Assembly: GCA_963727485.1 (NCBI GenBank)
Contig: CAVSGM010000002.1
Location: 1,600,001 to 1,664,000 of the forward strand
Source: an uncultured delta proteobacterium
Lineage (GTDB): Bacteria > Myxococcota > Myxococcia > SLRQ01
Direction of reading: 5' to 3'
Length of the DNA: 64,000 nt
Made by a program: the position numbers and the translations under genes
Shown here: piece after piece, positions 20,879 through 32,025 of the stretch
How the letters are laid out: the number at the start of each line of letters is the position of its first letter
Position numbering within the stretch: the stretch's first letter is position 1
The notes under the pieces: model-generated
What the model saw: the letters and a program-made list of their open reading frames with translations, nothing else
Database searches by the model: none
Told to the model about the DNA's origin: nothing

Positions 20879-21181
20879 TCAGTTCGGCCAGCGGGCGGCC
20901 TCGCGGGCGCCCCGGCCGATGTCGCGCCGGTCCCGCAGGGGGTCGCGCCCTGCCCTCGGCCAGGAGCCGAAGCGGCGCTCCGCCTCGCCGAGGTCCCGGA
21001 GCACCTGGGTCTTGCTCTCGTAGACCGGCAGCGGCAGGCAGGCGAGGACGTTGATCACCTCCGGGGGGGCGTCGCCCTCCTCGGCGGCGAGGACGAGCTC
21101 GCTGCGGGCTACGGGGTACTCCACGCCATCGAGGTGGGGCCCGATGGCGAGGCCTGGTCTCTCGTGGATTCCGAACGCCAT
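20879..21181 (-). CDS. DUF2795-like small protein
   Basis: HLDGVEYPVARSELV..A..EVINVLACLP..YES; GGAGG RBS. Confidence 0.7.
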   Translation of the reverse strand: MAFGIHERPGLAIGPHLDGVEYPVARSELVLAAEEGDAPPEVINVLACLPLPVYESKTQVLRDLGEAERRFGSWPRAGRDPLRDRRDIGRGAREAARWPN

Positions 21182-21315
21182 GGATGGCCTCCGTGGTCTG
21201 GCCCTCGGGGAAAGGGTGGGGAGTCCGGCGCCGGGCCGCAAGGGCGGCGGGTGCCCCGGCTTGACACTCGTTCACGCGCCGGGCTATCGGACCTTAGGGG
21301 CATCGGGGGAGGTCG

Positions 21316-22461
21316 ATGTCGGGGGACCGATGGGTGAGGAGTGCGCTGGCGGGGATCGTCTGCCTGGCGCTCGGTGTTGGATGTGAGCAGTCGTCCCACC
21401 GGGCGGTGCCGCCGGCTCCGCCACCGCGGCCCACGGCGCCCGAGACCGGGCCCGTGGCCACGGTGGATGGGCGGGCCGTGTCCCTGGCGCGGTTCAACCT
21501 GGTCTTCCAGGCGCGTTTCCCCAGGGGTGGCGCCCGGGGTCCCGTCGCCGGCGCCGCGGCGATGCGGCTCAAGGTCGCCATCGCCCGAGAGCTCGTCGAC
21601 GACCTGCTCGTGGACCAGGCGGCGCGCCGCCGCAGCATCCGCGTCGACGCCAAGGCCGTCGATGCCGAGGTCGCGCGGCTCGCGCACACCTTCCCCAGCC
21701 CCGTCGCCTACCGGGCGTACGTGGCGGGCTACCCGGAGCAGGCGGCCGGGGTGCGGCGGAGCGCCCGCCAGCGTCTCCTCCGCGACCGGCTCGCCGGGGT
21801 GTCACGGAAGGCGAGGGTGTCCCTCGCCGACGCGCGCGCCTACTACGAAGCCCACAAGTCGCGCTACGTCCACCCGGCGTACCTCGACGCGGCCGACCTC
21901 CTCCTCCCCGTGGTGAAGGGGGACGCCGCCGGCCTGGCCGCGGCCCGGGCCCAGGCGTTGCGCCTGGTGACGACCGCGCGGTCGCCCGACGTCGCGTTCT
22001 CCGACCTGGTGCGGGCCCACTCGAAGGGCCCAACGGCGCAGGTGGGAGGCGCCCTGCCGGGGGTCACCCCCAAGAACGCCGACCCGGCCATCTATGGGGC
22101 GCTCTCGCACCTTCGGCCGGGGCAGATCGCGGGCCCGGTGGTCGCCGCCGACGGGGTGCACGTCCTCAAGCTGCTCCGTAGACGGCCGGCGGCCGACACC
22201 TCCTTCGAGCAGGCCCGACCCGGCATCGAGGCCTCGCTGCGTCTGCGTCGTCGCTCGGACGAGGTGGCGGCGCTGCTGGTGTCCCTCCGCGCGCACGCCA
22301 AGATTGAGGATCACCTGGCAGAGCGCTACGCTGGCCTGCTGACGCCGCCGAAGCAGCTCCGGGCGACGCCGCAGGGTCTCTCCAGCTCGCCGACGGAGGC
22401 GCCCGCTCACGTCCACCCCGGCGGCACCGGGGCCGCGGCCGGGTCGAGCCATGGGCGCTGA
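21316..22461 (+). CDS. SurA/PrsA-like parvulin PPIase lipoprotein
   Basis: GVGC lipobox-like, VATVDG, FSDLVRAHS..GGAL, GQIAGPV..GVHVLKL; GGAGG RBS; TTGACA at 21261. Confidence 0.82.
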   Translation: MSGDRWVRSALAGIVCLALGVGCEQSSHRAVPPAPPPRPTAPETGPVATVDGRAVSLARFNLVFQARFPRGGARGPVAGAAAMRLKVAIARELVDDLLVDQAARRRSIRVDAKAVDAEVARLAHTFPSPVAYRAYVAGYPEQAAGVRRSARQRLLRDRLAGVSRKARVSLADARAYYEAHKSRYVHPAYLDAADLLLPVVKGDAAGLAAARAQALRLVTTARSPDVAFSDLVRAHSKGPTAQVGGALPGVTPKNADPAIYGALSHLRPGQIAGPVVAADGVHVLKLLRRRPAADTSFEQARPGIEASLRLRRRSDEVAALLVSLRAHAKIEDHLAERYAGLLTPPKQLRATPQGLSSSPTEAPAHVHPGGTGAAAGSSHGR

Positions 22462-25400
22462 CAGGCCCGGGCTCCATTCCCTGTCGATCGTGGTGGCGCT
22501 AGCGACGGCCCTCCTGATGCCGGTACGGGCACGAGCCGCGTGGGGTGCGACGGTCGAGCAGAAGGTCAAAGGTGGTCCCCAGTTGCTGCAGCTGATCATG
22601 GAGGACGACTACGACTGGGTAGCCGCCTGGACCTGCAACGTCACGGGCTTCACGCCCCGCTCCCCGGCCCCCGTCATCTCTCCCCTGGCCAGCGATCCGA
22701 GAATGGTCACGCCGGTCTCCCAGATCATGCATGCCGATGCATGCTGGGCGTACTGGGATGGTTCGGCGCTCGGGATGCAGTTCACCACCCAGTTCCTGTC
22801 GCTCGCGGACGTGGGTACCTGGACCATCGTGTGCGACGGCTACGAGGCGTCGCCGACCTACTGCTACGCCAGCAATCCGCCGTGTATCCCGACCTGCGAA
22901 ACCAGCGCGCTCGCCACTTGGGCCAACCCCTTCACCTTCACCATCGACGTCTACAACAACACGCCGAACATCACCGTCACCCACTCGCCCGCCCCCGCCT
23001 GGAACGCCACGGTCACCCTCGACGCCGTGGGCAGCGACCCCGATGGCGACGCGCTCTCCTACCACTGGCAGATCCTCCACCATCCGCCCACCTCGACCAC
23101 CCATCTCTCGAGCACCACGGCGAAGAGTCCGACCATCCACTTCACCAGCGATCACGACATCGGGCACTGGGAGTTCCAGGTCGACGTTGACGACGCCACC
23201 GGTGAGCGGCGCACCTTCACCCACTCCTTCGACGTCCCCAACGTCCCGCCGAGCATCACCATCAATGGGGCGACCGAGATCAACGCCCTCGACACCATCG
23301 CCCTGAACGCCACGCCCACGACCGATGTCGACGGGGGCAACCTCGGCATCGTCTGGGACATCGTCTCCAGCCCCCCCACCTCCACCCATGGGCCCCAGAG
23401 CCACTTCGGCACCGGGCCCACCTTCCCCGCCATCGTCACCACCGAGCAGGACATCGGCACCTGGACCATCCGGGCCACCGCCACCGACAACGAAGGCGCC
23501 ACGGATACCAAGGAAGCCACGGTCACCGTGAAGAACGTCCCCCCGGAGATCAACTTGGTGGGGGCGTCCCAGATCGAGGTGGGGGACACGATCCACGCGG
23601 AGACCACCATCCTCGACGACCAGGACGGCGGGTCGCTGACCTTCAGCTGGGACCTCATCCAGGTGCCCCAGTCTGCGGGCATCCCCATCCAGGACGGGCT
23701 GTTCACCGGCTCGTCCATCGATATCCCCACGACCTACGACGACGCCGGGACCTGGGTCTTCGAGCTCACCGCCACCGACAACGAGGGCGCCAGCGTCACC
23801 CAGGACTACACGGTCCTGGTCGATGCCCCGCCGGAGGCCGACATCCAGGTCAGCTCGGCCACGGCGACGCCGGGCGCCGACCCCCCGGTGGTCGGCATCG
23901 GCGACTTCCCCCTCGTCCTCGACGCCAGCGGCTCGGTGGATCCCGACTCGCCATGCCCCTCCGACCCGGACCGCTGCCACGACACCGCCGGCCAGCCGGT
24001 CGTGATCTCGCCGGGAATCTCGGGCTACCAGTGGTCCCTGGTCGACGAGCCCCTCGAAGAGGTCGGGATCCTACCGCTGGGGCGGGTGGATGAGGTCTTC
24101 GGGATCGACGGCTCGAGCCCGACCGTGACCTTCGATCACTGGCTCGATCTCGCGCCGGGCCAGTACACCTTCCAGGTGGAGGTGTGGGACGGGGAGGGCA
24201 ACAGCGACACCGCCTTGCAGCGGGTGGTGGTGCTGGACGTCAACAGCAACCCCATCGCGGTGGTGAGCCCGCCGGCGCGTTACACCACCACGCCCTCGGG
24301 GACCGCGCCCACCGACATCACCCTCTCGGCAGCGAGTAGCTTCGACCTCGACAACGTCCTGGCGGGCGACACTCCGGGACCCGGCGTGGGGATCGTCGAC
24401 TACCAGTGGGCGGTCGAGGCACCGCCCGGGTGCGCGCCGCCGGCCCTCCCCTCGGGGGCGGGTGCGGCAGAGGTCACCCTCTACTCGGCCGGTGACCCCA
24501 TCGATCCCACCTGCCAGGGGCGCTGGACCTTCACCGCGACCGTGGGGGACGACGACACGCCCCAGAAGCACGGGTCGGCCGAGACCACCGTGGTCATCGG
24601 GAACTGCCCCCAGCCCCTGTGCATCGACGCCCCCACCACCGCGCTGCCCGACGTGGTCGACTTCTCCGACCAGACGGACGTCTCGATCTACTACCACCTG
24701 GACTCGGCCATCTACACCGACCCCTCCCTGGCCTACGGCCTCTTCGCCGAGCTGGACATCTACGACGAGCACGACCTCTCGACGCCCTTCCACACCGACT
24801 TCGATCCCAACGTCCTGGCCTCCGACCGCGGCAGCTTCCTGGTGTTCAACTGGAACGGCTACGGGGACACCTTCCTCCGGCCCGAGAGCGGGCCCTACGA
24901 CGTGGCGATCACCGTGCTCGACTACGGTTTCAGCACCACGCCGTTCACCGCGACCCAGCCGGCGAGCATCGAGATCGCCGTCGCCGATCCCCAGGTCCTG
25001 CCCACGAGCGACCGCTACGCGCGTTTCGGCGATCTCGACGACGGCTCGACGCAGCTGCACTTCAACTACCAGATCAACGGCGGGGTCACCGTCGACACCC
25101 TTCACTTCAAGATCTTCGATGCCGCCCACACCGAGCTGCTCGACCAGGCGGTGCCCGGGGCGGTGACCCCCGCGGGTACCGTGACCTGGGACGGCAAGAT
25201 CGCCGGGGTCACCCTGGCGCCGGGCGACTACACCTTCCAGCTCGACGCCCGGCGGGGCTCGGCCTCGCTTGGCACCAGCCCCCCCTACACCTTCACCGTC
25301 TACAAGCTGGGGGTGAAGCCGCACGCGGGGGCGGTGCCGGCCCAGGGGCTGGCGGTGTTCGTGAATGACGACGACGATGACCAGAACGGCAGCCCCGACG

Positions 25401-27034
25401 TGGGGCAGAACCCGGCACCGGCCGCCGAGAACGACCTGGTGCAGCTGGACCTGGTCTTCGAGCCGGCCACCCTGGCGGGCACCCTGAGGGTCAGCGCCGA
25501 CAGCGCCACCCCCGGCTTCAAGGTCTGGCCGGCGGCCACCAAGGGCGCCGAGATCTCCCTGCCCAAGAGCTACGACACCCAGGCGAGCCCGCCGCCGGCC
25601 TCGATCTGGGTCGAGGGGACCGCCGCTCGCTCCGCGGAGATCCGCGTCGACCTGACGCCCACCGGCTCGGCGGCGCTGCCCCAGCAGAAGCTCAAGCTCG
25701 ACCTGGTCGATCTCCAGGTGATGGTCGACAGCAACAACGATCACTCCGTCGATGCCGGGGACACGGCGGCCTCCTTCCTGGACCTCGCCCGGTGGGACAA
25801 CGCCTATGGGGCGGCGCCCGGCTTTGCGGTGGCCAACGGGGCGGATCCCGCCAACCTCGTGGAGCAGGATCCGGCGCGCTTCTACCTCCGGGTCGCGGAT
25901 CCCGCCGCCAACGCCGACCCCACCCACGCCGAGACCATCCACGTGGACGTCGCCACCCGCGACGGCGCGGGCAACCCGAACGACGACCCGACCGCCGAGG
26001 ACCTGGTGGAGACTGGCGCCAACACCGGGGTCTTCGTCACCCGATCTCAGCTGCTGACCACCAACGACCTCCCCAACTCCGACGACGACTTCGCGGTGCA
26101 CGCCGGGGCGGGGGTGGTGGCCGACGACGCGACGAACGACCGCACCCACCGCGCCGACATGGACGGATCGGTGTGGCTCGGCTACCAGCCGCCGGGCGCC
26201 GCGGTGAAGAAGCTGGTGTCCCTCCCCGTCTGTCAGCGCGTGCCGGAGCAGCGACGCAAGGCCAAGATCCGCGTGATCCTCTTCAACGAGCCCTACCAGG
26301 ACACGGGCTACGACGACGACGGCAATCCCGCGACGCCGATGGTCGGGGCGGGCAACGGCACCTTCGACTACACCGACCTGAACCACAACGGGAAGCACGA
26401 CGCCGGCGAGCCCAGTGAGCCGTTCTGGGACCTGAGCAACGGGGCGGCGGGCTATGGCCATGCCGGCGCGCGAGGCACCATCGTCGACGCGGCCTACGTC
26501 CAGGCCCAGGTGGCGCGTGCCAACCTGGCGTGGGGGCCAGCGTGCATCCGCTTCGAGGTGGTGACGACGGTCACGGCCGATGCCCCGAAGAACGCGGGCA
26601 TTGGAATCCTCAACGACGGGCAATACGACCCCGCGACCGACGAGCCCACCCTGATCGCAGCCTACGCGCCCGGGACCACGGTCGACACCATCGATCTGTT
26701 CTTCTTCCCCCTCGCTCCGGCGCTCCACGCCAACGCCCTCACCCGGGGGCCCTACGACCAGCTCCCCGGCCTCGGGGAGAAGACCTTCGTCTACGTGGCG
26801 CCCCGGCTGCCGATCGACTTCCGCACCCTCGCCCACGAGCTCGGCCATGCCCTCGACAACGGGCCGGACAACAACAACCCCATGCCCATCTTCTACCCGG
26901 CGAACAACACCTTCCACGACAACGCGGTGAACAGCTACCGGCGGTTTACCCAGGCCACCCAGACCCGGGCGCGCACCACCCGCCCCGCGGGAAGCATGTT
27001 GGCCCCGGGCAACCGGATCCTGGTCCTTCCATGA
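22451..27034 (+). CDS. Large secreted multidomain zinc metalloprotease-like protein (about 5 PKD-like, 2 FlgD-Ig-like, Asp-rich Ca-binding segments, C-terminal HExxH)
   Basis: Signal peptide; repeated NxPP..D-x-DG..W..G-x-W-x-F..D modules; WNG/WDG FlgD motifs; RTLAHELGH (HELGH at 26834-26848). Confidence 0.75.
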   Translation: MGADRPGLHSLSIVVALATALLMPVRARAAWGATVEQKVKGGPQLLQLIMEDDYDWVAAWTCNVTGFTPRSPAPVISPLASDPRMVTPVSQIMHADACWAYWDGSALGMQFTTQFLSLADVGTWTIVCDGYEASPTYCYASNPPCIPTCETSALATWANPFTFTIDVYNNTPNITVTHSPAPAWNATVTLDAVGSDPDGDALSYHWQILHHPPTSTTHLSSTTAKSPTIHFTSDHDIGHWEFQVDVDDATGERRTFTHSFDVPNVPPSITINGATEINALDTIALNATPTTDVDGGNLGIVWDIVSSPPTSTHGPQSHFGTGPTFPAIVTTEQDIGTWTIRATATDNEGATDTKEATVTVKNVPPEINLVGASQIEVGDTIHAETTILDDQDGGSLTFSWDLIQVPQSAGIPIQDGLFTGSSIDIPTTYDDAGTWVFELTATDNEGASVTQDYTVLVDAPPEADIQVSSATATPGADPPVVGIGDFPLVLDASGSVDPDSPCPSDPDRCHDTAGQPVVISPGISGYQWSLVDEPLEEVGILPLGRVDEVFGIDGSSPTVTFDHWLDLAPGQYTFQVEVWDGEGNSDTALQRVVVLDVNSNPIAVVSPPARYTTTPSGTAPTDITLSAASSFDLDNVLAGDTPGPGVGIVDYQWAVEAPPGCAPPALPSGAGAAEVTLYSAGDPIDPTCQGRWTFTATVGDDDTPQKHGSAETTVVIGNCPQPLCIDAPTTALPDVVDFSDQTDVSIYYHLDSAIYTDPSLAYGLFAELDIYDEHDLSTPFHTDFDPNVLASDRGSFLVFNWNGYGDTFLRPESGPYDVAITVLDYGFSTTPFTATQPASIEIAVADPQVLPTSDRYARFGDLDDGSTQLHFNYQINGGVTVDTLHFKIFDAAHTELLDQAVPGAVTPAGTVTWDGKIAGVTLAPGDYTFQLDARRGSASLGTSPPYTFTVYKLGVKPHAGAVPAQGLAVFVNDDDDDQNGSPDVGQNPAPAAENDLVQLDLVFEPATLAGTLRVSADSATPGFKVWPAATKGAEISLPKSYDTQASPPPASIWVEGTAARSAEIRVDLTPTGSAALPQQKLKLDLVDLQVMVDSNNDHSVDAGDTAASFLDLARWDNAYGAAPGFAVANGADPANLVEQDPARFYLRVADPAANADPTHAETIHVDVATRDGAGNPNDDPTAEDLVETGANTGVFVTRSQLLTTNDLPNSDDDFAVHAGAGVVADDATNDRTHRADMDGSVWLGYQPPGAAVKKLVSLPVCQRVPEQRRKAKIRVILFNEPYQDTGYDDDGNPATPMVGAGNGTFDYTDLNHNGKHDAGEPSEPFWDLSNGAAGYGHAGARGTIVDAAYVQAQVARANLAWGPACIRFEVVTTVTADAPKNAGIGILNDGQYDPATDEPTLIAAYAPGTTVDTIDLFFFPLAPALHANALTRGPYDQLPGLGEKTFVYVAPRLPIDFRTLAHELGHALDNGPDNNNPMPIFYPANNTFHDNAVNSYRRFTQATQTRARTTRPAGSMLAPGNRILVLP

Positions 27035-27048
27035 GAAGAGGCGTTCCC

Positions 27049-27705
27049 ATGAGAGCCATCGCCCTGCCCCTCGCCGCCGTCGCGTGCGTTGCCGTCACCG
27101 TGAACCTGGCCCGCGCCCAGGCCGCCAAGCCCCCACCCCAGGAGACGGTGCGCCACTTCCTCTCCCTGGCGCACGGTCTCTACCGACTCGCACCCGAGGA
27201 CCGGAAGACGCTCGCGGCGATGAAGGCGGACCCGGCGCCCTACGTCGCCGCGGTGCGCCACGAGATGCCCACCGTGCAGGCCGCCGTCGCCTCCGACCGC
27301 CAGCTGTCCCGGTTGGCGTTCGGGGGCGCCATCCTCGGGGCACTCGGGACGAGCGAGGCGACCGATCTCCTCGCCCAGTGGTACATCTCGGCCGATCGGA
27401 TCACAGCCAAGGCGAAGACCCGGGCCGTACGGCGCCGAGCCATGAGCCTGGCGACCAGCCTGCTCGCCTCCCTCGGTACCACCCGGAAGCCGGCGTTGGT
27501 CACGTATCTGCTGGGGCGGCTGGAGAAGATGAATGCGGCCCCTCGCGGGAGCGCACTGGAGTACCTCCTGCGCTCCAGCGCCGACGACCCGGCGGTGCGG
27601 GCGAAGCTTCGCAGCCTCTCCGAGAAGAAGGGCGCGCCCCTCCACGGGGACCCGACCACCAATGCCGTTCTCAAGGAGATGCTCCGGAGGCACCCGGAGA
27701 AATGA
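27049..27705 (+). CDS. Secreted basic helical hypothetical protein
   Basis: Signal peptide ending ARA|Q; alternative ATG 27031 overlaps the upstream stop; ATGA overlap with the next gene. Confidence 0.7.
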   Translation: MRAIALPLAAVACVAVTVNLARAQAAKPPPQETVRHFLSLAHGLYRLAPEDRKTLAAMKADPAPYVAAVRHEMPTVQAAVASDRQLSRLAFGGAILGALGTSEATDLLAQWYISADRITAKAKTRAVRRRAMSLATSLLASLGTTRKPALVTYLLGRLEKMNAAPRGSALEYLLRSSADDPAVRAKLRSLSEKKGAPLHGDPTTNAVLKEMLRRHPEK

Positions 27706-30700
27706 GCCACGCCCGCCTACCCTGCGCCGCGGCGCTGGCGCTCCTCCTGACGGCGGTGGCCTCCCCGGCGCGCGCCCAGACCGTGGAGTACGGCACCGGC
27801 ATCGTGGTCTCCGGCGGCTTCCACGTGCCCGCGGGCCTGGCCATCGACGGCGCCGATGACCGGGTGCTGGTGGCGGACACCGGCCACCACCGGATCGCCT
27901 ACACTCCCATCTCCTCCCTCGCGGCCTCCCCGACCTGGTCGACCTTCGGCTACGTCGCCTCCCGCAGCGCGCCCGAAGCCCTCAACGAGCCCCAGGGCGT
28001 GGCGGCCGATGGCGCCGGCAACGTCTACGTGGTCGACACCTTCGACAACGAGGTCCAGCACTACGCCTGGGACCCGGCGTCGAGCACCTACGTCTATGAC
28101 CTCGCCTTCGCCGGCACCACCCGCCACAGCGTGGGCGGCGTCGCCATCGCGCTGCCCCGGGACATCGCCGTCGGGCCCGGCGGCAAGGTCTATCTCCTCG
28201 ACTCGGGGAACAAGCGGATCCTGGTGGCCGACGGCCCCGCCGACGACAGCTGGTCGGTGGCCGCCAGCGATCCCGGCTGGGGCAACCCCTACGGCCTGGC
28301 CGTGGCGCCGGACGGGACGCTCTACGTCGCAGACACCGACCACGCGCGGATCGTGAAGATCCCTCCGTCGGGCCCCAGCGTCAGCTTCGGCGGCTACGGT
28401 ACCGGCGACGGGCTCTTTCGTGGCCCCCGGGACGTGGCCGTGGCCCCGGACGGCAAGCTCTTCGTCGCCGACACCGAGAACCACCGGGTGGTGGTGCTCC
28501 GGCCCGACGGCACCCAGTACGCGGTGCTGGGGGTGGCGCCGCTCTTCGGGGATCCGCAGAAGGTGGCCGTGGACGCGGCGGGGCACGTTTTCGTCATCGA
28601 CTCCGAGTACGATCGCCTCGTCGCCTTCCTCGGCCCCGCCGCCACCCAGCCCTTCAATCTCTACCTGCGCGACTACGTCGGGGACGACGGGACCCAGCCC
28701 TCGCCAGACACCTTCGTCCTCTCGTCCCCCGACATCCTGGTGCGCCACGCGCCGGACGTGGACCTGGCGACCGCGGGGTCGAGCGGCCTGGAGGCCTACG
28801 CCTTCCAGCAGCCCCGCTACGGCGAGAACAGCTACGTGTACCTGGCGGTGCACAATCGCGGCGCCCACGTGGGGACCGGCACCGTGGCTCGGATCTACTG
28901 GGCGGATCCCGGTGGGGCGCTCCACTTCCCCGGAGACTTCCACGCGGACGGGCTCTACCAGAGCTACGTGGACAGCTCGATCAACACGTCCGGCAACACC
29001 CTGGCTGTCTCCTCGGTCGACGCCCGCTCGGGAAGCCCGGCGGCCGATGGGGTCACGGTCGTCGGCCCCATCGTCTGGCGGCCGCCGGCCCCCGAGTCGA
29101 CCTCGGCCGGCGACGGGAAGCTCGATTCTCGAGGTGAGACTGCTCAACCCTGCCGACCCCACGGCCCCCGCCACCGGGCTCGACGAGGTCCACGCCAGCA
29201 ACAACGTGGCCCTGCGCCGGGTGACGGTCGAGCGCGGCCCGTTCCCCATCGGCGACCAGGACACCCTGGTGGTACGCGTCGACTTTCCCGACGTCTCCGG
29301 AGACGCCGACCGGACCACGGTGGAGACGCGTATCACCGAGGCCGGCGCCTGGCTCACCGAGGTGAGCTACGGCCTGGCGCATCTCAAGCCCCTCTACCGG
29401 GGGCCCGTCATGCTCTCCCACCCCGAGAGCTACTACTCGACCGGTGACCAGACGGTGCTGATCGACATGACCACCGAGGTGCTCGAAACCCTGCTGGCTT
29501 CGGAGCCGGGGGTCCTCGACGGGCCCACGGCCGACCCCGCGGACGACATCGATCGGGTGGTCCTGGTGGTCAACGACCCGGCCTTCAGCAAGGACTTCGC
29601 CACCACCGGCCACTGGCCGTTCTCGCTCACCGGAGGCGTTCGCTACCTCTCGGTGTCGGTGCAGGGGCCAAACAACCCGACGCCCCAGTTCGCCCACGGC
29701 CTCTCGCACCAGCTCGGCCTCGAGGATCTCTACATCCACCCCAACGTCTCGTTCCCCAAGCCGCACGTGGTCGACGGTTGGGACAACATGGCGAAGCCGG
29801 AGAACGGGGTGCACCCACTCACCTGGTCCAAGGAGCTGGCGTCCTGGGTGACCTCGAGCGGGGCCCGAATCGTCTACATCCCGCGGCCGGATCCCGCGCA
29901 CCCGCGCGCTGGCCAGCCCGCGATCCAGCTCGCCTATCAGACCATCGCCACCAGCGGCCAGAACGCGGCGATCGCCATTGGGCTCACCGAGGGGGTGACC
30001 ACCTTCGAGGAGGAGACCCAGTTCTACTGGATCGAAGCGCGTAGCCCGTCGTTGGGGAACGCCGACGCCGTGGTACCCCAGGACGGCGTCATCATGTACT
30101 ACGCGAACAAGCGGATCCCCCAGGGGCAGGCGCCGGTCATCCTGAGGGACCACGTGCCCGGAACGCCCACCCTCGATGACGCCGCGATCCCCGTCGGTGG
30201 CTCGGAGAGCCCGGCAGGCACCGGCATCACCGCCACCGTGACCGGCAAGCTCCCGGCGAACGGCGGCTACCGGGTGACCGTCGACTACGCGCCCCCCGTG
30301 ACCGACTACGACGTCTACCTCCGGCAGGGGGCGCACCCGTGGCAGAGCCCCGACGTGTGGATCGACCATCAGCCCTACGCGGGCACGCCGACCCCGGGCA
30401 GCGAAGAGCCTACCGGGGGAGAGGAGAACCGGCTCTACGCCCGGGTACACAACGACGGGCCGGCGACCGCCTACCATGTCGAGGTGCGCTTCCTCCTGTC
30501 GGCGCCCTACCACACGGTCGGCGGCGCTGGGTCCTTCGACCTCTACAAGATCGTGTACATCGACGAGATCCCGCCAGGGGCCTATCGCGATGCCTACGTG
30601 GTGTGGACGCCGGCAGGCTCGGGCGATCCCCACAACTGCGCCAAGGTGGACCTGCCGAACCTGATCAACGACACCAACCCCGCCAACGACTCGGCGCAGC

Positions 30701-32025
30701 AGAACTTCACCGTCCAGTACTCGAACCACTCGAGCCCCTACGACCTCGTCGACTTCCACTTCCAGGTGCGCAACGCCACCAAGCGGCCGTCGCTCGTCTA
30801 CTTCCGGGCCGATGGCCTCCCCCGGGGTTGGGCGCACCAGGTGATCCCGGCCAAGAAGCTGCTCCAGCCCAACGAGACGGCGGTGGGGGAGCTGCGGATG
30901 CACCCACCGATCACGGCGCCGTCATGCACGGACCACGAGGTGGAGCTCACGGCCTGGACGCCGCGGGGAGACACGCTGGTCCGCCTCGGGGGCACCACGG
31001 TGGACGCGGCGCTTCGGGACCGGACGCTCCTGAGCCTGGGGACGCTCTTCGGGTCGTGCGGTGGCCTCGCCGGGGGCGGGAAGCAGCCCCCGCCCACCCG
31101 GGGGCCGACCGCGGGTCTGGCGGTGGCACCGGGTGATCCCGCGGACGGGCACGTCTTCGGCTGGGGCCAGGCGCAGACCACGCTGCCGCCGCCCGGCTAC
31201 ACTCGCCTGAGTCCCGAGGTCGTCGACGCGGCCGAGATCGAGCACCGGCGCAACGAGGCGGCGCTGCTTCCCACGGTGAGGGAGCGGCCGCGGCCCTGTG
31301 GGCTCATCGGAGCGGTCGGCTGCACCTCTCCACCACGTCCCCACCAGACGGTGCTGGTGCGCTATCGGGACCCCTCGGGCAACCCGGTGTACCACCAGGT
31401 GGAGACCGACAGCCTCGGCTGCTACCAGGACGCCTACATCGTCGTCGAGGGCGGGGCGTGGAAGGCGACCGCGTCCTTTCCAGGGGACCGCTGTGCCGGG
31501 CCGGTGCGCGGCACGGTGGGCCTGACCGTCCCCCTCGCGGTGACCGGCGACCAGGACCACGACGGGCTCCCCGACAAGGACGAGGTCCAGGGCGACGCCG
31601 ACGGTGACGGGGTCCCCAACGTCCTCGACCCGGACAGCGACAACGACGGGGTGCCCGATGGGGCGGAGGCGCCGGGCGACGCCGACCACGACGGAGTCTC
31701 CAACGTGGTGGACCCGGACAGCGACAACGACGGCGTCCCGGACGGATCCGATCCGAGCCCCTATCACTACTGTCAGCTCTCTCGGCCGGCACGGGCGCGC
31801 GCGCTCGCCGCCTGCCTGGCGCTGGTGCTCCTGGCGGGGCTCATGCTCGTGGCCTCGCTCTTCGGCAAGCGCTGGTGGCTCGCCCTGCTCGCGGCGGTGC
31901 TGCTGCTCGTCGCCCACCTCCTGGCCCAGGGGCGTTGCGTCGACGCCTTCGTGCGACCGGCGTTCTTCCTCATGCTCGTCGCCCTGGCGGTCGCCATCGT
32001 GCTCTGGCGACGCGCTCACCCCTGA
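27702..32025 (+). CDS. Secreted, membrane-anchored NHL-propeller / M6-like protease-domain / TSP3-repeat protein; frameshift near 29123
   Basis: Signal peptide, NHL repeats (P..LA..D..VADT..HR), two SPD[IV]..HN.G Ig-like modules, AHGLSHQLGLEDLY, DxDxDG repeats, C-terminal hydrophobic helices. Confidence 0.75.
31549..31752 (+). repeat. Thrombospondin type-3-like Ca-binding repeats (intragenic)
   Basis: DQDHDGLPD / DADGDGVPNVLDPDSDNDGVPDG / DADHDGVSNVVDPDSDNDGVPDG. Confidence 0.8.
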
